Positions 26,573 to 35,323 of a stretch of 40,946 nt of DNA are shown piece after piece; the stretch's first letter is position 1, and the number at the start of each line of letters is the position of its first letter. Position numbers and translations under genes: made by a program. Origin of the DNA: Enterococcus phage vB_EfaS_785CS. The notes under the pieces are model-generated. The model was not told where the DNA came from and searched no databases. It saw only the letters and a list, made by a program, of their open reading frames with translations. The DNA is taken from the sequence record MZ182246.1. One strand, written 5' to 3'.

Positions 26573-28978
26573 TATACCCATGTTACGTCTTGCGTTACGT
26601 TCGTTCACTGCCTGTATAGCGTTTAGTTCCTTGTTCATTTTCTTACCGTCCAATACAATATCTGTATTTTTAGCTAAGATAGCTTGTAACAATTCGTTCT
26701 GTTGTTGCATTAAACCAACTAGTAACGCTATATCTTGTGATTCACCACTTCCACCAACATGGTTGCGTTCATCCTTAACCCCTAGCATTTGTTTAGCTTG
26801 GTTAAGTAATGCCATTGCTCTACCTCGTTTAGATGGTTCAGTAGGTATGATAACTTCTGGATAGCCATTTTCAGCTAGTGTTGCAATCTGTGGTGTTCTT
26901 GCAATACCTCCATTGAAGTATCCTCTGATACGGTGACCACGTGGACCCCAACCAGACTTACCATACTGTAAGTCATTTTCCCAGTTACTATTGTTGAAGA
27001 ATGCTAACAATTGGTGATAACCATTGTTAATGTTACCATAGCCCGGAACTTTGTAGGCATCAAACGTTTGTGGAATATATTGCAATAGTCCTCGTGCTGG
27101 GTTACCACTTAGTGTGTTAATGTCAACCACATCTGGACTTTGAACAATCTTTTCATTACCACCTGATTCACGCATTATTTGAGCAACTAAACCAGCTACC
27201 TGTGAACTACTGATTGATTGACCCATGTATTTAGCCGCCTTGCGGATAACTGGCGCCCAGTCACCACCAGCACCAGCGGATTCTTCTTCCTCTTTTTTCT
27301 TGAATAATGCTTTTACTTTTTCAGCAAATGCATGTGTTGCTTTACCACCTAAACCTTTTGCCATGTCAAGTGGGATGTGTGATAGTCCACCTAAGTCCAT
27401 TGCACCCATAATTGCGTTGCGTGCTAGGTCTAATGGTTTACCTACCCAGTCCATTACATCACTGATTGTTTCTTTTACCTTGTTGATTCCATTACCTACA
27501 AATGACTTGGTATTAGACCACATGTCTTTTACCCCATCCATGAAACCAGTTCCTTTTTTGTAGAACGGAACTCGCCCACGTTTACCTAAGAATGCGGATG
27601 TTTCATGTTCGTTTAATACATGTGTACCTTTAGGTGCGTTCATCAGTACGTTACGTCCTTTAGGTATCATTGCATTACCATCTGGTGTAATGACCATTTC
27701 AGCACCACCACCGTCATTGACAACCATTGGTCCACCTACGTGACCACCTGAACCAGTTCCTTGTTCGTACTGTGGTACATCCCATTTAGCAACTGTTGGC
27801 GCACCAAACTTTTCTAGTACCCAGTTAGCACCGCCAATAATACCATTTACTGGACCGCCAATTGCTCGTAGTACACCGTTGAAAATACTCTTGAATGCAT
27901 TAGTAATTGCACCAGCACCGTTCTTCACTGCTCTTACCATTTGGTTTGGTAGGTCAGCAAACCAGCCTGAAACTGTTTTAATACCTGTACTAAATGTGTT
28001 CTTAATTCCATTCCAAAGGTTACGGATAGTGTTACTTACTAGGTTTTTCATAGTGTTAGCAATACCACTGATACCATTCTTGAATCCATCAAAGATGTTT
28101 TTAGCACCATTTGCGCCACTACTAAAGAAATTCTTGATACCATTCCACATGTTACTTACTGTGTTCTTGATTGCATTGTTGAAGTTATTTGCGATACCTT
28201 TGATACTTCCACCAAACTTGTCAAATAATGCACCCGCACTACTACCACCGCTTGTAAAGAAGTTCTTAACAGCATCCCACATTCCTTTGATTGTACCTTT
28301 TACTGATGTTCCTAGTCCTTTAACACCTTTGAAAATCTTACCAATGAACATGATGTTGAACCATTCCCAAACAGCTTTGATACCACCAAAGAAAATACGT
28401 TTGATAGCGTCCCACAGTCCAGTAAAGTCACCAGTTAGCACCATTGAGAATACATCAATAATACCTGTGATAGCGTCTACCATTCCATCAATGAAGCCCA
28501 CAACTGATTTTACAAATGATTTCAAAATCTCAATTGCAATAGCAAATATTGGTTTCAATAGTGTAAGTAGGTTCATAATTGCCTTACCAATACGGTCACC
28601 GTTCTGGTCCCACCAATTGCTTATTTTGTCAAATATCTTACCTAATGCTTCTGCTAACTCTTGAATAATTGGCATAATCATTGGTAGTAGTTCTTTTACA
28701 AAGAAGTCTAATACTATTTTGAAAATCTTTTGAGCGCCACCAAGTAACTTAGTGATTGCTTTTAAGGCTTTGTCAATTAATGGTATAATTGTTGGTATAA
28801 CCTCAACTGTGATAAAATCAACTACTTTTGTTAATGTTTCAAAGAAACCAGCTGGTGTACCGTCACCAGTACCAAAAGTAAACGCATTTTTGATGTAATC
28901 TTTAAATCTTCCAAGTGATTCTTTAATACCTACAATAGCATTAGATACAGTTTTCATTTTTTTTATCTGATAAACCAA
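26567..28978 (-). CDS. tail tape measure protein, C-terminal part with lytic transglycosylase (SLT) domain
   Basis: Gly-rich internal repeats (GIKNFFSSG..). SLT block ESGGN...GLLQY. No RBS before either candidate start. Confidence 0.7.
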   Translation of the reverse strand: MVYQIKKMKTVSNAIVGIKESLGRFKDYIKNAFTFGTGDGTPAGFFETLTKVVDFITVEVIPTIIPLIDKALKAITKLLGGAQKIFKIVLDFFVKELLPMIMPIIQELAEALGKIFDKISNWWDQNGDRIGKAIMNLLTLLKPIFAIAIEILKSFVKSVVGFIDGMVDAITGIIDVFSMVLTGDFTGLWDAIKRIFFGGIKAVWEWFNIMFIGKIFKGVKGLGTSVKGTIKGMWDAVKNFFTSGGSSAGALFDKFGGSIKGIANNFNNAIKNTVSNMWNGIKNFFSSGANGAKNIFDGFKNGISGIANTMKNLVSNTIRNLWNGIKNTFSTGIKTVSGWFADLPNQMVRAVKNGAGAITNAFKSIFNGVLRAIGGPVNGIIGGANWVLEKFGAPTVAKWDVPQYEQGTGSGGHVGGPMVVNDGGGAEMVITPDGNAMIPKGRNVLMNAPKGTHVLNEHETSAFLGKRGRVPFYKKGTGFMDGVKDMWSNTKSFVGNGINKVKETISDVMDWVGKPLDLARNAIMGAMDLGGLSHIPLDMAKGLGGKATHAFAEKVKALFKKKEEEESAGAGGDWAPVIRKAAKYMGQSISSSQVAGLVAQIMRESGGNEKIVQSPDVVDINTLSGNPARGLLQYIPQTFDAYKVPGYGNINNGYHQLLAFFNNSNWENDLQYGKSGWGPRGHRIRGYFNGGIARTPQIATLAENGYPEVIIPTEPSKRGRAMALLNQAKQMLGVKDERNHVGGSGESQDIALLVGLMQQQNELLQAILAKNTDIVLDGKKMNKELNAIQAVNERNARRNMGII

Positions 28979-30938
28979 GCATGTCTAGGTCAACTAATCC
29001 TTTGCCTTCCCATGCTGATTTAAAGTTATAACCCCATGATTTTAACCCACTAAATGCTGATTTGAATTGGTTTACTGCTGAATCAATTCTATTGATACCC
29101 TTAGCGTCTAAGCCAAGTGCGCCAACGTTGATAATACCTTCACCTTTCCAGATGCGTTTAATGTTTTCTGCCCACATGCCCACTTTTTTACCAAAGTCTG
29201 ATAAGTAACCCCACGCTTCACCTGTAACTTTTCCAAATACATCAAAGGTACCCTTGAATAGCTTACCAACCCATGAAAGGTTTTTGGCTAATTCAGGTAG
29301 GCTGTCACCTAATCCACCCAAGAAAGCTTCAAACCTTTTACCTGTGTTTGTTATCTGCTCTTGGAAAGATGGTAGACCCATTTTCTCTAGTGATTTGTTT
29401 AGTCCTTCAATCATCTTAGCTGTACCACGCGTAACAGCTGACTTCATGTTGGCTATTGCAGTACCAAAACCTTGTGTGCTATCTTTAGCTATCTTTTCTA
29501 ATGACTTAAGACCGCCACCACCTTCTTTATCCATTTTAACTAAGGCGTCTTGGAACTGTCTTACTGATATGCTACCTGATGACAATCCTTCTTTTAATGC
29601 CCCTGTTGTCATGCCCATTTCTTTAGCTAAGGCATTAAGGGTAGGTCCTAAACCACTGTTAATCATTGAGTTCCACGTTTGCGCATCTACCTTACCATTT
29701 GAGAACGATTGAGATAACTGAACAACCGCGCTGTCAACCATTTGGGCATCTCCGCCAAAACCTAGGATAGCATCATTCATTGCCTTAAATACGTCAACGG
29801 ACAATCCCATGTCGTCAGTTGAAGCTGTTAATAATTGCACGTTACTCACTGCACTGTCTAAGGCTGTTGGTAAACCACGTGTTGCCTCTTGTAACTTATC
29901 CATGTTCTTAGTGATGTCTTTTGTAGCTACACCCATGTTCTCAAATGCACGTGTACTATTGTTTAATGTATCAATCCTATTTAATGCACCATCAATAGAT
30001 GATTTAACAGTATCAAACGCTTTTGAACCAATGTTTGCAACTGCACCTAATGCGCCAGCACCTAAGAATATACCTACACCTTTTGTTGCTGAACCAATAG
30101 CAGAACCAATCTTGCCAAATCCTGACTTGATAGAACTACCTACACCAGAAGCTGTCTTTTTAAGTGATGAAAACACACCATCTAACTTACTAGCACTTGA
30201 ACTAGCTTCTTTTGATTCTGTACTTACACCCTTCATTGCTTTTTCTGTTTCTTTTAGTTCATCACCTAAAGCATCCACATTCTTTTCACTTTTGCGTGCT
30301 TCATTTGCGTATGCTTGTAGTTTTTGCTGTGCTTCTTTTACCTCTGTTGAGTTAGCACCATACTTCTTAGTTAACTGTGTGACCTCATTTGACTGTTCTC
30401 TGACAGCCTTGTTCATTATCTCTAGGTTGCGTCGTTGACCCTCTTGTTTTGCCTTAACAACGTCTATCTCTGTACCGTGTTTTTTGGCAATAGCAACTTC
30501 TTTTTCTGTTGCCTTGTTATTAGCTTCAACTTGTCTACCGTATTTACTTGAAGAAACCACTTGTTTCTCTAGTGCTGTTGTTGTTTTTGATAACTGTTGG
30601 TTGTATGCATTATACTTAGCTGTTGATTGATTAATTTTAGTGTTAAGATTGTCAACTTGCTTAGATTCAGCACCATATTTCTGAATGGCTTCATCTCTGC
30701 GCTTTTGTAAAATCTTAATCTTTTGTTCTTCTAACCCCATTACTGTGTTTAAGTCTTTTGTTTTTTGACTTAAACCTTGCATACTCTTACCACCGTCATC
30801 AAAAGCCTTTGCATTTGCACGCATAGCACTTTCAGCTTGTCGCATTTTACTTTGCAACTGGTCAAGTGTTTTAATGGTATTATCTACACCCTCAACACCT
30901 ATACCAAACTTCATGTTACCAATTGGTTTATCTGCCAT
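28941..30938 (-). CDS. tail tape measure protein, N-terminal part
   Basis: Coiled-coil Q/K/E-rich sequence typical of TMP N-termini. RBS aaaggagaacttgaataATG. Confidence 0.75.
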   Translation of the reverse strand: MADKPIGNMKFGIGVEGVDNTIKTLDQLQSKMRQAESAMRANAKAFDDGGKSMQGLSQKTKDLNTVMGLEEQKIKILQKRRDEAIQKYGAESKQVDNLNTKINQSTAKYNAYNQQLSKTTTALEKQVVSSSKYGRQVEANNKATEKEVAIAKKHGTEIDVVKAKQEGQRRNLEIMNKAVREQSNEVTQLTKKYGANSTEVKEAQQKLQAYANEARKSEKNVDALGDELKETEKAMKGVSTESKEASSSASKLDGVFSSLKKTASGVGSSIKSGFGKIGSAIGSATKGVGIFLGAGALGAVANIGSKAFDTVKSSIDGALNRIDTLNNSTRAFENMGVATKDITKNMDKLQEATRGLPTALDSAVSNVQLLTASTDDMGLSVDVFKAMNDAILGFGGDAQMVDSAVVQLSQSFSNGKVDAQTWNSMINSGLGPTLNALAKEMGMTTGALKEGLSSGSISVRQFQDALVKMDKEGGGGLKSLEKIAKDSTQGFGTAIANMKSAVTRGTAKMIEGLNKSLEKMGLPSFQEQITNTGKRFEAFLGGLGDSLPELAKNLSWVGKLFKGTFDVFGKVTGEAWGYLSDFGKKVGMWAENIKRIWKGEGIINVGALGLDAKGINRIDSAVNQFKSAFSGLKSWGYNFKSAWEGKGLVDLDMLGLSDKKNENCI

Positions 30939-31521
30939 TATTCAAGTTCTCCTTTCGCTCTAGCCATCTCTGCTGGTGATAATACTGAACCAAAGAATGA
31001 CATAGGGTCTTGCTTCTTCTCTTTTTTAGGGGCTTTCTGATTGTTAAATAAATCTAAAAGAAAGTAGTAATCAGAATTGTTTATCTCTGATAAACTCCAA
31101 TTACCACTTTCTAATAGTTGTCTATATAAGTCATCAAAGTTTTCTAACTGTTCTGTGAATGACGTATTTTCTAATTCTTTTAACTCATCAGCCCCTAGGC
31201 TTTTTTTCCTTCGTCATTGCTTCCCATTGCATTTGAGAAAATATCTTCAATCGTAGGCATTAGGTCATCAGCTGTAATTGAATCTTGAATTGCATCAAAT
31301 GTAACACGTGGGTCCATGAACATATCAGCTACTAATTGAATCATTTCATCAATCATTTGTAATTCTGACATTTCAACTTCACCAGCTTCAACTTTTTCAA
31401 CTGTTGCATGGAATTTAATTAGTTCACGCATTGAACGAGTTGAAATTGATTTTTGTTTGACTGTAAAACTTTTTCCTTCTTCATTTTGTAGTGTAATTTT
31501 AATCATAATTGATTCCTCCAA
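30938..31521 (-). CDS. tail assembly chaperone G-T fusion via programmed -1 frameshift
   Basis: The heptamer A AAA AAA (forward T7 at 31201-31207) sits 3 codons before the G stop. The -1 frame is open for 85 codons with no stop and ends at TAA overlapping the tape measure ATG (taATGg). Confidence 0.65.
31195..31521 (-). CDS. tail assembly chaperone (gpG-like)
   Basis: 108 aa acidic protein between the major tail and tape measure genes. It ends at the slippery run GGA AAA AAA GCC TAG. Confidence 0.7.
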   Translation of the reverse strand: MEESIMIKITLQNEEGKSFTVKQKSISTRSMRELIKFHATVEKVEAGEVEMSELQMIDEMIQLVADMFMDPRVTFDAIQDSITADDLMPTIEDIFSNAMGSNDEGKKA

Positions 31522-31592
31522 TAAAGTTATTTTTCTTACTAAAGATATTATAGCATAAACACTAGTGGTTGTGGGTGTTGGTGAAACCAGTG

Positions 31593-31622
31593 TAATAAAA
31601 AAGAAGAGCCGTTAAGCTCTTC
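31593..31622 (-). terminator. rho-independent terminator after the major tail gene
   Basis: gaagagc-cgttaa-gctcttc followed on the minus strand by a U-run. Confidence 0.55.
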
Positions 31623-31627
31623 TAAGT

Positions 31628-31691
31628 CAATTCAATTGTTGCTGATGTTTCAGCTGGTGTCACCTGTCCTACCACAGGTGGCGTACTAGGG
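31628..31691. repeat. 64-nt repeat element, copy A, at the 3' end of the major tail protein gene
   Basis: Identical except for one base to 34014-34077. It contains the hairpin cacctgt..acaggtg. Confidence 0.85.
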
Positions 31692-32252
31692 CAATGGATT
31701 AATATTGTTTACTTTGTCAACAAACTTATCAAGTGTTAATGTTTCGCTTGAAACAGCACTCATGTATGCGAAGCCACGTGAATCTGTTACAAATGAACCT
31801 TCAATTGTTTCTGTGTTTGGTTCTGTACCACCAGATTCTGTTGTATTCAATGCGATTTCTGGGTGGCTGAAACGTCCTTTAACTAAACCAAAGTACATTT
31901 CTTTACCATCTGCACCGTCTGCAACAAATACTGCTGAAACGTAAGGTGCTTCTGTATCTTCGCCAACGATTGCAATACCATCTTCACCACGTTCAATACC
32001 TAAAATTTTCTCATAAACGTTGTCTTTATACAAGTCAAATACGTTTAATGAAGCTGTTAACTCTCCAACCCCTTTAGCTGATACCCAAATTGGAACGTTT
32101 GACGCATAAACGGTTGTTTGTTCTGCTGAAATTCCTTGAATTGACGCTTCAATAGTACCGCCACCGCTTTTATCAATTGTGTATTTATCAACGCCAGAAC
32201 CTTCTGCTTTAGGTACGCTGATAATAGCTTTCTTAAAACCTACTACTGCCAT
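31686..32252 (-). CDS. major tail protein
   Basis: 188 aa, Gly/Val/Thr-rich, placed between the connector genes and the chaperone. Confidence 0.7.
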   Translation of the reverse strand: MAVVGFKKAIISVPKAEGSGVDKYTIDKSGGGTIEASIQGISAEQTTVYASNVPIWVSAKGVGELTASLNVFDLYKDNVYEKILGIERGEDGIAIVGEDTEAPYVSAVFVADGADGKEMYFGLVKGRFSHPEIALNTTESGGTEPNTETIEGSFVTDSRGFAYMSAVSSETLTLDKFVDKVNNINPLP

Positions 32253-32330
32253 AATTGTTTCTCTCCTTTAGTGTTTATATTTTCTTACTAGAATAATTAT
32301 ATCATTAATCAACGTGTTTTAGGGTGTCAC

Positions 32331-32696
32331 TTAGACAACTCTTTGACTGATTGTGTAACGTTTGATAACTCTACGTGCACCCTCCAGGTCTGGGTCATAC
32401 GATTGTTGTGATAATACGCACTGCACATTATCTGCACGCATGGTCTTGTCAATTTCAAAGTAATACTTTTCAACTTCTTTCAAGTCCTCACACCACAAAT
32501 CCACCTGAACATGTGTTACAAAATAATTAGGGTCTGCACTGGCATATTCTGTGTACCGTCCGTCAAGTTCTACAATTCTACCTACTGGTAATTGTGGTAA
32601 TGTTTGAAATTCAGTGGGTACTTCATTAGTAAACCAGTTGACTTCTGGGTGTGCTTGCTCTAAAGCTTCTGCTACTTGTAATATTGGTAATCTCAT
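32331..32696 (-). CDS. tail completion/tail-tube connector protein (gp17-like)
   Basis: Assigned by position and size in the conserved head-tail connector block. Confidence 0.45.
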   Translation of the reverse strand: MRLPILQVAEALEQAHPEVNWFTNEVPTEFQTLPQLPVGRIVELDGRYTEYASADPNYFVTHVQVDLWCEDLKEVEKYYFEIDKTMRADNVQCVLSQQSYDPDLEGARRVIKRYTISQRVV

Positions 32697-33100
32697 TTTA
32701 GAAACGCCTCCTGCAATGCTTTTTGAATGATTGATGCAACTTCACTCTCAATACTGTTTATTGTTTTTTGTATAAACCCTTGTGGTCGTTGTTTGATTGT
32801 TCCTAACTCTGGAAAGTGTGCCATCCATGCCACATCATCATCAAAGCCAACTTCTGCTATATGGTTATTCTTATTTGCTTTACTCATTACAACATGGTCA
32901 CGCATATGTTCTTTTTTGTAGTCCTGACCATCCCTACTATACTTTGTGCCGTTAAAACGTGGTGTATTTTGCTTTAGTTCATTCATTGCTTTTTCACCAG
33001 CTGTATTCACTGCCTTACTAACAATTAGGTCAGCCTTTTTACCGCTTTTTTCTAATCGCTTGTAGACTTGTGAAAAGTCAACGTAGTTTGGACTACTCAT
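32693..33100 (-). CDS. HK97 gp10-family protein (tail-attachment component)
   Basis: 135 aa. Position and composition fit this family. Confidence 0.5.
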   Translation of the reverse strand: MSSPNYVDFSQVYKRLEKSGKKADLIVSKAVNTAGEKAMNELKQNTPRFNGTKYSRDGQDYKKEHMRDHVVMSKANKNNHIAEVGFDDDVAWMAHFPELGTIKQRPQGFIQKTINSIESEVASIIQKALQEAFLK

Positions 33101-33432
33101 TCCTTCACCCTCTTACATACAAGCGTTGTAAAGTCACGTTGGAAGCTACCTTCTAATACTTGTATGATGTCATAGTTAACACCGTTGTATACAACACGCA
33201 TAGTATTGTCAATATGAATCTGTTGTTCGTATCTGATAATGAAGTTTGTTGTATCCTCTAAAACAGTACCTAATGATTCTTTATAGTCTTTGAAATACTG
33301 TTGTTTTACTGAACACCATATAGTACCCTTGGTTTCCCAATCAGTGACCCACTCATAATATTCGTTCTTATGAGTGGTTTTATGTTGGATACTTATCTTT
33401 CTGTCAAGTCGTTGTGTTGGTATCAGTGGCAT
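33097..33432 (-). CDS. head closure / head-tail adaptor protein
   Basis: 111 aa, coupled to neighbours. Confidence 0.5.
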   Translation of the reverse strand: MPLIPTQRLDRKISIQHKTTHKNEYYEWVTDWETKGTIWCSVKQQYFKDYKESLGTVLEDTTNFIIRYEQQIHIDNTMRVVYNGVNYDIIQVLEGSFQRDFTTLVCKRVKE

Positions 33433-33706
33433 CTTGTAACCCCCTTAATTGATGAATCATTGCTACGATTGTAAAGGGTACTTGTTGTTGTAATGCGCTT
33501 GTTGCTGGTACTCTGTTTTCATACCATAATGAAACCAACATGAACTGTAATGTCTTGAATCGTTTATCATCTGGTGCGGTCTTTAACTCAATAGCTCCTA
33601 AGATGAATAGTTCACTCGTATCAATCAGTCCTTGTAGGTAGGTATCATCAAAATCATAGTCTAATCTTAGATTGTTTTTTACTTCTGCTAATGTTAACAT
33701 TATCAT
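33404..33706 (-). CDS. gp6-like head-tail connector protein
   Basis: The N-terminus LTLAEVKNNLRLDYDFDDTYLQGLID is typical of Phage_connect_1. Confidence 0.65.
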   Translation of the reverse strand: MIMLTLAEVKNNLRLDYDFDDTYLQGLIDTSELFILGAIELKTAPDDKRFKTLQFMLVSLWYENRVPATSALQQQVPFTIVAMIHQLRGLQDATDTNTTT

Positions 33707-33743
33707 ACCTCCTTAGTTAAAAAGAGGGCTTAACCCTCTTTTA

Positions 33744-33944
33744 TTATCCAGCTGTTGCAGTTGTAGTGAATGCTGGTACATCTACTTTACTAGACTCGGG
33801 TTTTCCATCTTCAATAGCTGTTACTTGAAAATCACCTTTACTATATGGTGTTTCTGCTGTTAAACCAGTGATTGTTACTGGTGAGGGTTGTCCAGTCACA
33901 ATCTTTTCACCTGTTTTCTTGTATACGTTAAATACTTTAGCCAT
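33744..33944 (-). CDS. small Ig/FN3-like domain protein
   Basis: PVTITGLTAETPYSKGDFQVTAIEDGKPES resembles an FN3/Big strand pattern. It has its own RBS (aaaggagagtgtaaattATG). Confidence 0.4.
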   Translation of the reverse strand: MAKVFNVYKKTGEKIVTGQPSPVTITGLTAETPYSKGDFQVTAIEDGKPESSKVDVPAFTTTATAG

Positions 33945-33965
33945 AATTTACACTCTCCTTTTATA

Positions 33966-34000
33966 GTTTAAAAAGAGGTAAGGCGAATGCCCCACCTCTT
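33966..34000 (-). terminator. rho-independent terminator after the capsid gene
   Basis: aagaggt..acctctt hairpin followed by a U5 run on the minus strand. Confidence 0.5.
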
Positions 34001-34013
34001 AGTGTTTACGATA

Positions 34014-34077
34014 ATTCAATTGTTGCTGATGTTTCAGCTGGTGTCACCTGCCCTACCACAGGTGGCGTACTAGGGTG
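34014..34077. repeat. 64-nt repeat element, copy B, at the 3' end of the major capsid gene
   Basis: See copy A. Confidence 0.85.
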
Positions 34078-35323
34078 CTGGTGTTAAAGTGATATATTTA
34101 CCAGCGTTTTTATCAACGACTTCACAGTCAAAGCGCATAGCTACTGCTAATACTTGACCGAAGTATTGATGCTCAACCCAACGTACAGTTGTGTCTACGC
34201 GGTCGAAGAAGACTGCGAATGCATCAGGTTGTCCTAAGAATGCTACTTTGTCACCGTCTACTGTACCAATTAATTTATCAGCTAAAACAGTTACTTTACG
34301 TCCTAATAGAGATTTACCAGATGGTGCTTTGATGTCATCTTCTAGTAAGTAACGACCGTTAGCGTCTTTCATTTGGTCTAAAGCGTTAAAGAATGATTGA
34401 GAAACAATAAACTCTAAGTTGTAAGCTGGGTCAAAACCAGTGTTAACTTGTGTTTTCAAGTCATCAATTGATGTTGCTGCTACTGCTGTTGCTGTTTTTA
34501 ATTTAGTAACGATAGCTTTGTTAGCTGTGTTCAAACCTTGACGTTGAATGTGACGTGCAATGATTCCAGATAAGTCATCATCAGAATCTTGTAAAGCTTC
34601 TTCTGCTACTGCAATTTGACCACGGTAAGTTTCAACTTCATATTTGACTTCTTCGAAAGCTGGTCCTTCTAAATCAGGGTTCTTTTTAAGTTCTTCAACT
34701 GATGCCAACACGGCTTCATTAGCTTTCAAGATTGGATATTTACCCATAGCATTTGTTACTTTTTGACGTGTAACCATATTACGTAAGTCAACAACTGTTT
34801 CAGGTAACATTTTAGCTTTTGTGATGATTTCTTCTGGGATAATTGCTGATGCATCCGCAGACTTAACACCTTCAAATGATTCAGGCAATGCACGTGTTTC
34901 TTTTGAGCGTAAGTATTCTAAGAATCCACGCACTTCTTTATTTTCTACTTCTTTTCCATCTAAAATAACTTTCTCCATGTTTTCTTCTCCTTTTTGCTCT
35001 AGTGAGCGTTTTTCTGTTTTAGGTTCTTCCTTTGGTTCCTCTTTAGGTTCTTCAAAATCTTGTTCAGTTTTTGCTGAACGTTCTTCTTTTGTTTCTTCCT
35101 TATCTTCTTTAGGTTCTTCCTTTGGTTCGTCCTTAGCATCTTCTGCTTTAGGTTCTTCCTCTGGTTTCTCCTCTTCTTTATTATCAACTGCACGTTCTTC
35201 TTCTTTAGGTTTTTCCTCATCTAAAGCTTTAATTTGTTGCATTACTTTTTCAGCTTCATCAAGTTTACCTTCTGATAATAAAGTTTGTGCTTGTTCCATA
35301 AGTTCTTGCCGTGACATACGCAC
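34070..35323 (-). CDS. major capsid protein (HK97-like) with E/K/P-rich N-terminal region
   Basis: 417 aa, follows the prohead protease gene. Low-complexity EEPKEEPKE repeats at residues about 35-105, then a capsid-like body. Confidence 0.75.
   Translation of the reverse strand: MRMSRQELMEQAQTLLSEGKLDEAEKVMQQIKALDEEKPKEEERAVDNKEEEKPEEEPKAEDAKDEPKEEPKEDKEETKEERSAKTEQDFEEPKEEPKEEPKTEKRSLEQKGEENMEKVILDGKEVENKEVRGFLEYLRSKETRALPESFEGVKSADASAIIPEEIITKAKMLPETVVDLRNMVTRQKVTNAMGKYPILKANEAVLASVEELKKNPDLEGPAFEEVKYEVETYRGQIAVAEEALQDSDDDLSGIIARHIQRQGLNTANKAIVTKLKTATAVAATSIDDLKTQVNTGFDPAYNLEFIVSQSFFNALDQMKDANGRYLLEDDIKAPSGKSLLGRKVTVLADKLIGTVDGDKVAFLGQPDAFAVFFDRVDTTVRWVEHQYFGQVLAVAMRFDCEVVDKNAGKYITLTPAP

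Noticed and set aside
26580-30438. Several long plus-strand ORFs inside the tape measure region (26580-26864, 27225-27563, 27879-28664, 29254-29712, 29809-30438) and inside the tail and capsid genes (22869-23066, 24947-25258, 31705-31944, 32727-32921, 34821-35333, 37985-38251, 38303-38653).
   Set aside because: They are antisense to much longer, motif-bearing structural genes. They are low-complexity or hydrophobic strings typical of shadow ORFs, and have no RBS.
34999-35220. K/R-rich 73-aa ORF on the minus strand inside the capsid gene.
   Set aside because: It is an alternative-frame read of the GAA/AAG-rich low-complexity E/K/P stretch of the capsid gene. This is a compositional artefact.
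35000-35240. EEPKEEPKE-type tandem low-complexity repeat in the capsid N-terminal region.
   Set aside because: It is a genuine feature of the sequence, but it is common in HK97-like capsid delta or scaffold domains of Gram-positive phages. It is not evidence of a separate element.
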